Positions 20,583-30,852 are shown, counted from the first letter of the stretch. The stretch is 64,000 nt of DNA from an uncultured Verrucomicrobiae bacterium (GCA_963801815.1 CAWDGJ010000001.1:64001-128000); one strand, 5' to 3'. The notes: a model not told the origin generated them from the sequence alone. A program made the numbers and translations.

Positions 20583-21035
20583 CTACCTCTTTTTTCGCGG
20601 ATCGTCATTAGGGTTAAGGAAGGTCACACCCGCCGGGCCAGTAAAAGTCACCTGGACAATAACCTCCGCATTTTCCGTCCACGTATAATGCGCGTGCCCA
20701 GCCGGAAGCACGAACACACTCCCCGGAGGCAACTCCGTCCCTTTACTCTTATCAAAGCTCTGCCCAAAAGAATTCCAGTAATTCCCGCTTAATACCGTCA
20801 CCACTTCCGCATACGGATGCGTGTGCGGAGGAACCCTATAGTGCGGTGGAAACTTCGTCCGTTGCACTATCGTCTCAGCCTTAGTCGGGTCCCCAACTAA
20901 GATTACCGTCTGGGCACCCTTGAACACTGGATGCTCGGTCCACACCAGGTCCTCCGCCTTGATCATCTTCATCTCTTGCCCAGAGCCGCTCCCGGCCAGC
21001 CCGAGCAGTGCTAAACCAATCAGTATTCGCTTCAT
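20583..21035 (-). CDS. Secreted cupin domain protein (gene cassette)
   Basis: PPHTHPYAEVVTVLSG and LPAGHAHY cupin motifs; signal peptide; bounded by GTTAGGC at 21087-21093 and the attC. Confidence 0.88.
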   Translation of the reverse strand: MKRILIGLALLGLAGSGSGQEMKMIKAEDLVWTEHPVFKGAQTVILVGDPTKAETIVQRTKFPPHYRVPPHTHPYAEVVTVLSGNYWNSFGQSFDKSKGTELPPGSVFVLPAGHAHYTWTENAEVIVQVTFTGPAGVTFLNPNDDPRKKR

Positions 21036-21118
21036 ATTTTATTTCATCAGCACAAGCAATGTCAGGCGCTCAGAATCGGTCATGCAGCCTAACGAGAATT
21101 AGACGAACAATTGTTCAC

Positions 21119-22086
21119 CTAATTCGGAACGGCGTTGCCTGACATCGCCCGCGGAGCGGCCGATCCACCTTCAGTCGATCCACCGCCACGCTTCGGCAGA
21201 TTCGGATCCAGGAAGCCGAGCATGTGGGCGCGTTTGATCGTGCGGACACCTTCCTGCTTTTTGTAGGTCGGCGATGCTTTCGGTGAAACGCTTCCATTTT
21301 CGTCCAATGCACTTTGGGCCGGAAATGGTGTTCGGCGTGGTAGCCATTGTAGAAAAAGAGCCAGTTATAGATTTTTCCGTAACTGCTCACGCCCCACGCG
21401 ATCGGTTTGTCCGGATTCGCGCCGTAATGGCGATAGTAACCGTTCAAATAACTGAAGCAGTGGCCGAGATACCAGAACGGCAGAAAATAAAAAATCACGA
21501 AACGCCAGTTGAAGATGAACATCGTCAACAACGTGACCGCGAACGCCGCCAGCTCGAGATTCCCCCAAAGCACATCGCTGTTGTTGCGTTTGCGCAGTTC
21601 GTTTCGAATCGCGCCGACGTCGTCGCGAAAGAAGCTCTTGAACACATAGCCCCACGGACTTTCCGCTTCGCCGTCGTGGCTGTGACGATAGATCGACAGC
21701 CAATCGATGGTATCGCCACTTTCATCCTGTCGGTCCGAATTGCCCTTGTGATGCTGCATGTGGACGGCGTCGTACATCGTTTGCGAGAAGCAGCAGGCGA
21801 CGGACTGCGTGACCCCAAACGCGCGATTCAGAAAATTCGAACGGAAAAACGGATTATGAATGAAGTTGTGACCGACGCCGTTGATGTTGGCGTTGACCAT
21901 CAACGAATAAAGAAAGCCCAGAATCAGCATTATCCAGAGCGGGGTGTGCGGATACAAAAAGAACAGACCGATAAAGTAGGCGAGGTGAAAAAGTCCGGCC
22001 GCCGCGGGTAACACGTCCCAGCGGGTGTGGGCGAAGATCCGCGAGGTCGTTGCGGGCCGCTCAATGCGAATGACGTCGGTGTTCAC
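21119..22086 (-). CDS. Membrane fatty acid desaturase/hydroxylase family protein, paralog 2 (frameshift near 21275; start approximate)
   Basis: HNFIHN, HMQHH, YHAEHH; C-terminus GVRTIKRAHMLGFLDPNLP in ORF 21119..21307 matches paralog 1. Confidence 0.87.
21142..21171. repeat. Half copy of GGTGGATCG-type repeat
   Basis: 28/30 identical to 19951-19980. Confidence 0.7.
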
Positions 22087-22174
22087 GGAGGTTGGTACCA
22101 ATCGCGGAAGAGCGCCTGTCCCGCAAGTTTTGATCATTGCCAACTGAGAGCGTGCGCGGCAATTTAGCGCTCTC

Positions 22175-23129
22175 ATGTTTGCTCTTCAGCCGGAGATGAA
22201 AGTTTTCAGCGGCAGCGCCAACCGGGATTTGGCCGAACAAATCTGCAAATACATCGGCACGCCGCTCGGAAAGGCGACGATCAGCTCGTTCCCCGACGGT
22301 GAAACGTACGTGATGATCGAGGAAAACGTTCGCGGCCGGGATGTTTTTCTGATTCAGCCGACCTGCCCGCCGACCAACGAGCACCTGATGGAGCTGCTCA
22401 TCATGGTGGACGCCGCGCGCCGGGCGAGCGCCGATCGAATCACGGCGGTGATTCCGTTTTTCGGATACGCCCGGCAGGACCGCAAAGACAAACCGCGGGT
22501 GCCGATCACGGCCAAACTGATCGCGAACCTGCTCTACGCTGCCGGGGTGAACCGGGTTCTGACGATGGATCTGCACGCCCAGCAGGTGCAGGGGTTCTTC
22601 GATATCCCGGTCGATCACCTTTATTCGTTGCCTGTACCTAATTAAGTACCTGCGCAGAAAGCTGAAGGGCAAGACGGTGGTCGTTTCGCCGGATATCGGG
22701 GGTCTGAAAATGGCCTCCGCCTACGCGGGGGCGTTGGGAGCCAACCTGGCCATCGTCGCCAAGGAGCGGAAAAGCGCCACCGAAACCGAGGCGCTCTACC
22801 TGATCGGTGAGGTAAAAGATCGCGATGTTCTCCTGGTAGACGACCTGACCGAGACGGCTGGCACCCTGACCTCGGCCGCCGAGATCTTGAAGAAAAACGG
22901 GGCCAAAAGAATCTACGCCGGGGTCTCCCACGCGGTGCTGGTGGACGTGGCCATTGGCCGGTTGCAAAAGTCCAAAATTGAGGAATTAATAACGACCAAC
23001 AGCACGCCGGTTCGCTCGGTGGAAGGATTTAAAGTCACCGTGCTCAGTGTCGCCGAGCTTCTCGGGGAGGGGATGAAACGAATCCACAATGACGAGTCCG
23101 TGTCGTCGCTGTTCAAAATCGACAACTAA
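22175..23129 (+). CDS. prs: Ribose-phosphate pyrophosphokinase (apparent +1 frameshift near 22637)
   Basis: [24 protein letters not shown] then [24 protein letters not shown]. Confidence 0.95.
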
Positions 23130-23134
23130 CGACC

Positions 23135-23878
23135 ATGGCCAAGCAAGTTAAATTGAAAGCGGAACCGCGAAACGCGATCGGACGCATCGCTGCACGCAAA
23201 CTGAAAGCGCGCGGAATCGTACCGGCCGTCATTTACGGCGGTAAACAGAAGTCGCAGGCCCTCCAGGTTTCGGAGCGTGACATCAATGCCATGCTGAGCC
23301 ATGCGTCGGGCGAAAACATTTTGGTCGAACTCGAAATTGCCGGCGAGAAATCGAGCCGGACCGCGCTGTTGCAGGAAGTCCAGCATTCGCCCGTAAGAGG
23401 CGATGTTGTGCATGTCGATTTCCATGCGATCTCGATGGACGAGAAGATCGAAGCAAACGTGCCCCTCGAAGCGCTTGGCGTAGCGACTGGCGTGAAAAAT
23501 TTTGGCGGCTTGCTCGAGCAAAACGTGCGTTCGTTGTCGATCGAATGTTTGCCGCGCGACTTGCCTGACAAGATTACGGTGGACGTTTCGGCTCTCAACA
23601 TCGGTGATGCGATTCACGTGCGTGACATCAAATTGCCGAACGGTGTGGTCCCCAAAGTGCCGGCAGATCTGACGGTCTTCTCAGTGGTCGCGCCGTTGGC
23701 CGAAGAAGAACCGGTAACGCCGGAGGCCGAAGCCGCTGCCGCCGCGGGCCCCGAAGTCATCACCGCCAAGAAGGAAGAAGGCGAAGCTGCCGCGCCTGCG
23801 GCCGGTGCGAAGGGCACCGGAGCACCCGCTGCCAAAGGTGGCGCTCCCGCTCCAAAGGAAAAAGAAGCCAAGAAATAG
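23135..23878 (+). CDS. rplY: 50S ribosomal protein L25 (long Ctc form)
   Basis: GIVPAVIYG, HVDFH, CLPRDLPDKITVDVSALNIGD; prs-rplY-pth synteny. Confidence 0.95.
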   Translation: MAKQVKLKAEPRNAIGRIAARKLKARGIVPAVIYGGKQKSQALQVSERDINAMLSHASGENILVELEIAGEKSSRTALLQEVQHSPVRGDVVHVDFHAISMDEKIEANVPLEALGVATGVKNFGGLLEQNVRSLSIECLPRDLPDKITVDVSALNIGDAIHVRDIKLPNGVVPKVPADLTVFSVVAPLAEEEPVTPEAEAAAAAGPEVITAKKEEGEAAAPAAGAKGTGAPAAKGGAPAPKEKEAKK

Positions 23879-23980
23879 GTGGATCGAGCGCTCCGCGCTC
23901 GATGTTAAATGGCGGCGAAGCCGCAAGAACTTTATCATCGGTGCGAGCCGCACTGGCCTTAGCGGAGCGGCCGATCCACC
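23878..23980. repeat. GGTGGATCG-type palindromic repeat, copy 2
   Basis: ggtggatcgagcgctccgcgctcgatg ... gcggagcggccgatccacc fills the rplY-pth spacer. Confidence 0.8.
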
Positions 23981-23986
23981 AAGCGC

Positions 23987-24598
23987 ATGTCGAACCTAAA
24001 CGAAAAGCCAATTCGACTTGTTGCCGGCCTTGGAAATCCCGGTGCCGAATACGCCCACACGCGTCACAACATCGGTTTTATGGTGGTCGATTTCCTCGCG
24101 CACGAAGCTTCGTTGGCATGGGAAAAATCGAGCAAATGGGACGCGGTTACGGCGAAACTTGGCGACGCGGTGCTTGTGAAACCCGCGAGCTACATGAACC
24201 GCAGCGGTTACCCGCTTCACGCGATCGCGCAGTTCTACAAGATCACACCGCCAGAAATTCTGGCCGTGCTGGATGACTTTTCGCTCCCGCTTGGCCGGCT
24301 GCGAATCCGGCAGAGTGGGGGACCCGGCGGGCACAACGGCTTGGAATCGATCATAGTTCAATTCGGCACTGAAGAAATTCCGCGATTGCGTGTCGGAATT
24401 GGCGCCGCGCCGGCTGAAGGAGCGACCGATTACGTTCTCAGCAACTTTTTTGAGGAGGAAAAACCGCTGGTGAGATCGACAATCGAGCGAGCGGGAGAAG
24501 CCGTGAAATGCGCGATTGACAAAGGCGTCGTTTCCGCGATGAACACTTTCAACCCCGAAAGCGTTCGGGGTGAACAAATCGAAGAAGAAAAACCATGA
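23987..24598 (+). CDS. pth: Peptidyl-tRNA hydrolase
   Basis: GLGNPG..Y..TRHNIGF, KP.SYMN.SG, GGHNGL. Confidence 0.96.
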   Translation: MSNLNEKPIRLVAGLGNPGAEYAHTRHNIGFMVVDFLAHEASLAWEKSSKWDAVTAKLGDAVLVKPASYMNRSGYPLHAIAQFYKITPPEILAVLDDFSLPLGRLRIRQSGGPGGHNGLESIIVQFGTEEIPRLRVGIGAAPAEGATDYVLSNFFEEEKPLVRSTIERAGEAVKCAIDKGVVSAMNTFNPESVRGEQIEEEKP

Positions 24599-24942
24599 AG
24601 AACCGTTATGAAGCGCTGTTGGTTCTCAACGCGCAGGGAAAAGAAGACAGTGTCCACGATATCGTCGACCGCCTGGAGTCTGAGTTTAAGAAGGAGGGCG
24701 CTGAAATCGAGCAGGTGCAGAAAATGGACAAGCGTCCATTCGCTTATGCCGCCGGCCCGCTCGATGCCGGCTTTTACGTGAATTTTGTTTTCCATGCCGA
24801 GCCGGATCTGGTCACCAAACTGAAGTCCAAATTCAAACTCGATCCCGAGGTTTATCGCCAACATTACCAGCGGCTTCGCGCGAAGAGTGAGAAGAAAGAG
24901 CGAAAGGAACCGCCGGCGAAAAAGTTGGCGCGTTCCAAGTAA
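24595..24942 (+). CDS. rpsF: 30S ribosomal protein S6
   Basis: RYEALLVL, KRPFAY, GFYVNFVF; position before ssb. Confidence 0.9.
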   Translation: MKNRYEALLVLNAQGKEDSVHDIVDRLESEFKKEGAEIEQVQKMDKRPFAYAAGPLDAGFYVNFVFHAEPDLVTKLKSKFKLDPEVYRQHYQRLRAKSEKKERKEPPAKKLARSK

Positions 24943-24960
24943 TTCGGATAGACCTGGCGC

Positions 24961-25413
24961 ATGGCCAGTTTCAATAAAGTCATTCTCCTCGGAAACCTGA
25001 CGCGCGATCCCGAAGTGCGTTACACCCCCAAAGGCAGCGCCGTGTGCGATCTCGGCATTGCCGTAAATCGTCAATACACCCTCGACAGCGGCGAGAAACG
25101 TGAAGAAGTCACCTACGTCGATGTCGTCCTGTGGTCGCGGCTCGCTGAAATTGCCGGCGAATATTTAAAAAAAGGCCGGCCAATTTTCATTGAAGGCCGG
25201 CTTCAACTCGACACCTGGGACGACAAACAAACCGGACAAAAGCGAAGCAAACTGCGCGTGATCGGCGAAACGATGCAACTTCTTGGCGGTCGTCCGCCTG
25301 GAGCGGGTGGTGGAAGCGAAGGCGGCGAAGAAGGCAAGGCATCTCGCGGGAAAACAACGCCGCCGCCGAAGCCTGCAACTGCGGAACCGGACGACGACGA
25401 AATTCCGTTTTAG
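24961..25413 (+). CDS. ssb: Single-stranded DNA-binding protein
   Basis: NKVILLGNLTRDPE ... DDDEIPF. Confidence 0.97.
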   Translation: MASFNKVILLGNLTRDPEVRYTPKGSAVCDLGIAVNRQYTLDSGEKREEVTYVDVVLWSRLAEIAGEYLKKGRPIFIEGRLQLDTWDDKQTGQKRSKLRVIGETMQLLGGRPPGAGGGSEGGEEGKASRGKTTPPPKPATAEPDDDEIPF

Positions 25414-25440
25414 CGACCTACGCGATTTTGCCCCCCGACG

Positions 25441-25509
25441 TTGTAGAGGCGCTTGCTCTCAAGCGCTTGTTTAAATTAGTTCGGTGCTTGAGAACAAGCA
25501 CCGCTACAA
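25441..25509. repeat. REPIN family A (GTAG...CTAC), copy 1
   Basis: ttgtagaggcgcttgctctcaagcgc ... ggtgcttgagaacaagcaccgctacaa. Confidence 0.85.
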
Positions 25510-25510
25510 G

Positions 25511-26611
25511 ATGAACTCCACCGAAGCCTGCATCGTCTTAAACATGCTGCCGACGATGGGGCCGGTGCGTCTTCGAAAACTGCTTGAAGTTTTCGAAACG
25601 CCGGAACGAATTCTAAGCGCGAAGCGTGATGAACTCCGGAAAGTCGAGGGCATTGGTAAAGAAGTTGTCGATCAAATCTCGAATTGGGAAACGATTGTCG
25701 ATCTTCCGGGCGAACTGAAACGGATCGAAGATTTCGGCGCGAAAGTGATCACCCAAATGTCGCCTTCCTATCCGAAATCTCTCCGCGAGATTCATTCGCC
25801 GCCGATCGTCCTTTATGTTTGGGGCGAAATTCAAGAACGCGATCACCACGCGATCGGCATTATCGGCGCGCGCCGGACCACGCATTATGGAAGGGAATCG
25901 GCGAAAAAGCTGGCGTATCAGCTCGCCTATGCCGGATTGACCGTAATCAGTGGCCTCGCCCGCGGAATCGATACCGCCGCGCATCAGGGCGCGCTCGCTG
26001 CCAAAGGCCGGACCATGGCCGTGATTGGATCAGGGTTGTCGAAGCTTTATCCGCCGGAGAACGAGGCGCTCGCGGAAAAAATTCGCAACGGAAACGGAGC
26101 AGTTGTGTCTGAGTTCTCGATGGAAATCGAGCCGGATCGCCAAACTTTCCCGATGCGAAACCGAATCATTTCGGGTTGGAGCCACGGGATTCTTGTGGTC
26201 GAAGCGGGCGCAAACAGCGGCGCGTTAATCACTGCTTCGCAGGCGCTGGAACAGGGCCGCGCGGTCTACGCCGTGCCCGGACACATCAATGCGCCGAGCG
26301 CGATGGGATCGAACCGGCTTATCCAGCAAGGCGCCAAGCTGGTTATGGACGCGAACGATATTCTCGATGACCTGCAAATTCTTCTCCCCGAGACAAAACC
26401 ATCGCCGCTCGCAGCCGTGCGCCCCCTGCCTCCACTCTCGGACGACGAGCGCCGTGTTTATGAGGCGATCGAGGCGAGCGAGACGCCGATTGATCGGATC
26501 GCGTCCAAATGCAATTTGCCAAGTGCGACAGTCTCTTCTATCCTCCTCGCCCTTGAGCTGAAGCGACTGGTGAAGCAGTTGCCCGGAAAATATTTCGTGA
26601 AACTGGCTTAA
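25511..26611 (+). CDS. dprA: DNA-processing protein DprA
   Basis: IIGARR, ISGLARGIDTAAH, FPMRNRIISG, SGALITA; the track's upstream extension is REPIN sequence. Confidence 0.95.
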   Translation: MNSTEACIVLNMLPTMGPVRLRKLLEVFETPERILSAKRDELRKVEGIGKEVVDQISNWETIVDLPGELKRIEDFGAKVITQMSPSYPKSLREIHSPPIVLYVWGEIQERDHHAIGIIGARRTTHYGRESAKKLAYQLAYAGLTVISGLARGIDTAAHQGALAAKGRTMAVIGSGLSKLYPPENEALAEKIRNGNGAVVSEFSMEIEPDRQTFPMRNRIISGWSHGILVVEAGANSGALITASQALEQGRAVYAVPGHINAPSAMGSNRLIQQGAKLVMDANDILDDLQILLPETKPSPLAAVRPLPPLSDDERRVYEAIEASETPIDRIASKCNLPSATVSSILLALELKRLVKQLPGKYFVKLA

Positions 26612-26659
26612 CCTCGTCCGCGATCTGCTCTCCCCCGGTTTGCAAGAGCTTCAATTTCA

Positions 26660-29122
26660 ATGACTAAATCACTGATCATCGCGGAAAAGCCGAGCGTCGC
26701 GAGCGATCTCGCGCGCTCTCTCGGCGGTTTTCACAAAGAGGACGATCATTTCGAGAACGACAAATACGTTATCTCGTCCGCGCTCGGACACTTGGTGGAA
26801 CTGGCGCTGCCGGCCGAACTCGACGTGAAGCGCGGGAAGTGGAGCTTCGCCAATCTGCCGATTATTCCCGAGGAATTTGACCTCAGGCCGATCGAGAAAA
26901 CCAAAGCGCGCTTCAACATGCTGAAAAAGTTGATGAAGCGCGATGATGTTGATCTTCTGATCAACGCCTGCGACGCCGGTCGGGAAGGCGAGCTGATTTT
27001 TCGTTACTTGGTCAAGCTCGCGGGTGTGAAAAAACCCGTGCGCCGCCTTTGGCTGCAATCGATGACAGCCGATTCGATTCGCGAAGCGTTCAATCATTTG
27101 CGGACGGAAGAGGAAATGGTCCCGCTTTCGAAGGCGGCGGTCTGCCGGTCAGAGAGCGACTGGCTGGTCGGCATCAACGGCACTCGCGCGATGACTGCGT
27201 TCAACAATCGGACCGGCGGGTTTCAACTGACGCCGGTGGGCCGCGTGCAAACGCCGACCCTCGGAATTCTGGCCGAACGCGAGGATAAGATTCATCAATT
27301 CAAGCCGCGTAATTATTATGAGGTGTTCGGCGAGTTTGACGTCAAAGCCGGCGCCTACCGCGGCCGGTGGTTCCGGGAGGATTTTGCGAAGGATGGCGAC
27401 GAAGACGCCCGGGCGGAACGGATCTGGGACAAAGCGCAGGCCGACGAGATCAAAAATCGTTGTATTGGCAAGACCGGGGTCGCCACTGAAGAGAAGAAGC
27501 CGACTACGCAGGCGCCGCCGTTGCTTTACGATCTGACGAGTTTGCAACGCGACGCTAACGGTCGCGGTTTCAGCGCCAAGCGCACGTTGCAAATCGCGCA
27601 GCAACTTTATGAACGGTTCAAAGTCGTCACTTATCCGCGGACAGACTCGCGTTACCTGCCGGAAGATTACATCCCGACGGTCAAGGCGACGTTGAGCAAA
27701 GTCGAGAATCCACATGCGCGGACTGCGCTCGACAACCATTGGGTCAAGCCGTCGAAGCGAATTTTCAATAACACGAAGATCTCCGATCACTTCGCAATCA
27801 TACCCACCGGCACCGTGCCTCACGGGTTGGATGAGGTTCAGCAGAAAATTTACGACATGATCGTGCGCCGTTTTATCAGCGTATTCTTTCCGCCGGCGCA
27901 ATTCGAAGTCACAACGCGAATCACGCGTGTCGACAAAGATGCGTTCAAGACGGACGGCAAGATCATAAAAGATCCGGGTTGGCTGGCGGTCTACGGTCGT
28001 GAGGGTGCCTCGGAACAAGGAGAAGAATCTTTGGTTACGATTACGCCGAACGAACCAGCGAAGGTTCTCGATATCGAAGTTGTGCAAAACGAAACCAAAC
28101 CACCGGCGCGCTTTAACGAGGCGACATTGCTCTCGGCAATGGAAGGGGCCGGCAAGTTGGTGGAAGACGAGGAATTACGCGAAGCAATGCGCGAGAAAGG
28201 TCTCGGCACACCGGCGACGCGCTCGACGATCATCGAGGGTTTGATCAATGATGGTTACGTTCACCGACAGGGACGCGACCTGATCGCAACCGCCAAAGGT
28301 CTTGCGCTGATCACGCTTTTGCGCGGCATCGGCGCGACCGAGCTTACTTCACCGGAGATGACCGGCGAATGGGAATCGAAGCTGAAGCGGATGGAGAAAG
28401 GCGCGATGAAGCGGAACGATTTCATGGCCCACATCCGTCAGTTCACGCGCGAGATCGTCGAGAAGGCGAAAAATTTCGAGGGTGATAGCGTGAGCGGCGA
28501 TTTCGAACCGCTCGACGTGAAATGTCCGAAGTGCGGCGGGGGACCGTTCGAAGAGACCTATCGCACATTCAAATGCCAGTCTTGCGGGTTGATCGTGTGG
28601 AAGACGATGGCCGGACGATTGTTCGAGCGCGCGGAGCTGGAAAAACTCTTGACCGAGAAGCGTGTCGGACCACTCGAGGGATTTCGCAGTAAGATCGGGC
28701 GCAAGTTCAACGCCATCGTTAAACTCGGTGACGATTTCAAACCTGCGTTCGATTTTGGCGAGAACGGTCACGATCAACCGGTTACAATCGATACCACGAA
28801 GCACGAATTACTTGGGCTTTGTCCGCTCTGCCACAAAGGCCAGGTTTATGTGCTCGAGCGCGCCTACGCGTGCGAGAACGCAGTCTCGAAAGAAAAGACC
28901 TGCACCTTCCGCGTGAGCAAAACGATCTTGCAGCGCGAGATCCCGAAAGAGCAGGTCCAAAAATTAATTGCCACGGGCAAGACGGACCTTTTGCCTAAAT
29001 TTATTTCCAAAAAAGGCCGGCCATTTTCGGCTCACTTAAAATTAGACAACGGAAAAATCGGGTTCGAGTTCGCTGCAAGAAAACCTAAAAAAGTGGCACC
29101 GAGCAAAGCAGTGGCGGCCTAA
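26660..29122 (+). CDS. topB: Type IA DNA topoisomerase (topoisomerase III-like) with C-terminal Zn-ribbon/Toprim_C repeats
   Basis: IIAEKPS, ACDAGREGE, GRVQTPTL, TYPRTDS, GLGTPATR. Confidence 0.9.
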   Translation: MTKSLIIAEKPSVASDLARSLGGFHKEDDHFENDKYVISSALGHLVELALPAELDVKRGKWSFANLPIIPEEFDLRPIEKTKARFNMLKKLMKRDDVDLLINACDAGREGELIFRYLVKLAGVKKPVRRLWLQSMTADSIREAFNHLRTEEEMVPLSKAAVCRSESDWLVGINGTRAMTAFNNRTGGFQLTPVGRVQTPTLGILAEREDKIHQFKPRNYYEVFGEFDVKAGAYRGRWFREDFAKDGDEDARAERIWDKAQADEIKNRCIGKTGVATEEKKPTTQAPPLLYDLTSLQRDANGRGFSAKRTLQIAQQLYERFKVVTYPRTDSRYLPEDYIPTVKATLSKVENPHARTALDNHWVKPSKRIFNNTKISDHFAIIPTGTVPHGLDEVQQKIYDMIVRRFISVFFPPAQFEVTTRITRVDKDAFKTDGKIIKDPGWLAVYGREGASEQGEESLVTITPNEPAKVLDIEVVQNETKPPARFNEATLLSAMEGAGKLVEDEELREAMREKGLGTPATRSTIIEGLINDGYVHRQGRDLIATAKGLALITLLRGIGATELTSPEMTGEWESKLKRMEKGAMKRNDFMAHIRQFTREIVEKAKNFEGDSVSGDFEPLDVKCPKCGGGPFEETYRTFKCQSCGLIVWKTMAGRLFERAELEKLLTEKRVGPLEGFRSKIGRKFNAIVKLGDDFKPAFDFGENGHDQPVTIDTTKHELLGLCPLCHKGQVYVLERAYACENAVSKEKTCTFRVSKTILQREIPKEQVQKLIATGKTDLLPKFISKKGRPFSAHLKLDNGKIGFEFAARKPKKVAPSKAVAA

Positions 29123-29142
29123 GAGACCGGTTGGCTGGAAGT

Positions 29143-29207
29143 TGTAGAGGCGCTTGCTCTCAAGCGCCTGTTTATTAGTTCGGTGCTTGAGAACAAGCAC
29201 CGCTACA
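29143..29207. repeat. REPIN family A, copy 2
   Basis: Near-identical to 25441-25509. Confidence 0.85.
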
Positions 29208-29261
29208 GCTGCATGGCTCGCACCTCCCAAACCGCGACACAATTCCAAGCGTTAAAGATCG

Positions 29262-29291
29262 TTGACGCCACAACGCGTGGTGTGCTATTAA
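29262..29291 (+). promoter_or_regulatory. Probable sigma70 promoter of nrdR
   Basis: TTGACG-N18-TATTAA with extended TG, 12 nt before ATG. Confidence 0.45.
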
Positions 29292-29303
29292 GCTTTTAAC
29301 ACT

Positions 29304-29816
29304 ATGCGTTGCCCTAAGTGCGGCTCGCGTGATGACAAGGTAATTGATTCCAGACAATCTCGCGATAGCTCCAGCATTCGCAGGCGCCGCCAATGCCTCA
29401 AATGCGGATACCGGTTTACCACCTACGAGGAAATCGAGCGCTCCGATCTTCGCGTGATCAAGCGCGATCGCACCCACGAACCTTTCGACCGGCGCAAGCT
29501 TGCGGGCAGCATCGCCAAAGCGTTCGAAAAACGTTCCACGAGTTTGCTTACCCTGGAGCAGTTGGTTGACGAAATCGTGCACGATTTGGAAACGAGCGGT
29601 CGCGAAGTTCAGTCGAGCGCCATCGGCGCCAGGGTCCTGGAAAAGCTCCGCGCCATCGATGAAGTAGCCTATCTCCGATACGCTTCCGTCCATCGTCGTT
29701 TCGAAGATGTCGATCAATTCGTCGATGCCATTCAGACCCTTGGCAAGATTTCCAAACCGGACTCGAACCAGCGCGAGCTGTTTCCGACAGATCAAGTGAA
29801 TCATGGTAGCGTTTAA
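29304..29816 (+). CDS. nrdR: Transcriptional repressor NrdR
   Basis: MRCPKC..VIDSR..IRRRRQCLKCGYRFTTYE, ATP cone, VAYLRYASV. Confidence 0.96.
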   Translation: MRCPKCGSRDDKVIDSRQSRDSSSIRRRRQCLKCGYRFTTYEEIERSDLRVIKRDRTHEPFDRRKLAGSIAKAFEKRSTSLLTLEQLVDEIVHDLETSGREVQSSAIGARVLEKLRAIDEVAYLRYASVHRRFEDVDQFVDAIQTLGKISKPDSNQRELFPTDQVNHGSV

Positions 29817-30360
29817 AGAAGAATTCCCGTACCTGCGTTGCGAATCCGGTCAGCTCTTTGAGTTCGATCGCGACTGGCTGCACGCCGCGATTAATCGCGC
29901 CGCCGACAAAGCCGGATATCCAAGCTGGTGGTTGACCGATCATGTGACCGAAAGCATTGCTTTCTATCTCCATTTGCGAAACGACGAGAACGTGGTCGCG
30001 TTCACTCAGCTTCAGGAGACGGTGCAATACGTTCTCAAGGCGATTGGTTACAAGGAAATCATTCCTTACTTTCGGCCCGCGCCGCCGCCGATTTCCATCT
30101 CGCTGATCGATATCGCATACCAAGCGGGCAGCGGCTACGAGCTGGCATTTTTTGATCTGCTGGAAAAGCGTCTCGCCGCCTTAATCGATACCGGCGTTGA
30201 TAATTTGCAGCTTTGCTCGCTCCAACCCTGCGTGAAACATTTGCGCTGTACCAGGGTTTGGACGCGCGCATGCGATTCTTTACGAGAAGAAATTGTCTGC
30301 TTCATTCGTGAACGGCTGACTTCTACGACGAGCGAACGATTGAAGTGCACGTTGAAGTAG
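29803..30360 (+). CDS. Hypothetical protein coupled to nrdR
   Basis: 185 aa overlapping the nrdR end; typical codon usage. Confidence 0.7.
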   Translation: MVAFKEEFPYLRCESGQLFEFDRDWLHAAINRAADKAGYPSWWLTDHVTESIAFYLHLRNDENVVAFTQLQETVQYVLKAIGYKEIIPYFRPAPPPISISLIDIAYQAGSGYELAFFDLLEKRLAALIDTGVDNLQLCSLQPCVKHLRCTRVWTRACDSLREEIVCFIRERLTSTTSERLKCTLK

Positions 30361-30377
30361 GGCGGGTTCGACAAATC

Positions 30378-30716
30378 ATGACTATTTTTGAAAAAATAAT
30401 CGCGCGCGAGATTCCGGCGAAGATCATTTGGGACGACGACGAGGTGGTCGCGTTTCATGACGTGAACCCGCAGGCTCCGGTTCACGTTTTGATTGTGCCA
30501 AAAAAAGTGATCTCGCGATTGGGCGCGGCGACCGAAAAGGATTGCGCGCTCCTTGGGAAATTGTTGTTGGTGGCAGGCGAGCTCGCGAAGAAACTCGAGA
30601 TCGACAAGACCGGTTATCGAGTGGTTATCAACAGCGGGCCGGATGCGGGCGAAAGCGTACCTCACCTTCATGTTCATTTGTTAGGCAAGCGTGCTCTCGC
30701 CTGGCCTCCGGGCTAG
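30378..30716 (+). CDS. Histidine triad (HIT) nucleotide-binding protein
   Basis: TIFEKII, PHLHVHLLG..LAWPPG. Confidence 0.95.
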   Translation: MTIFEKIIAREIPAKIIWDDDEVVAFHDVNPQAPVHVLIVPKKVISRLGAATEKDCALLGKLLLVAGELAKKLEIDKTGYRVVINSGPDAGESVPHLHVHLLGKRALAWPPG

Positions 30717-30782
30717 TTTCATTGCCAATCTCCAATTCCAATTTGGAAATGGCACTTCGCGCCTCGCCTAATGCGCCGCTGG

Positions 30783-30848
30783 TGTAGCGGTGCTTGATCT
30801 CAAGCACCGAACTCAGTAGACAGGCGCTTGAGACCAAGCGCCTCTACA
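30783..30848. repeat. REPIN family A, copy 3 (inverted)
   Basis: tgtagcggtgcttgatctcaagcacc ... ggcgcttgagaccaagcgcctctaca. Confidence 0.85.
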
Positions 30849-30852
30849 ACCT

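Noticed and set aside
29268..29283. NrdR box in the nrdR promoter (ccacaacgcgtggtgt)
   Set aside because: Only about 10/16 match and the central AT-rich core is absent; too weak to call
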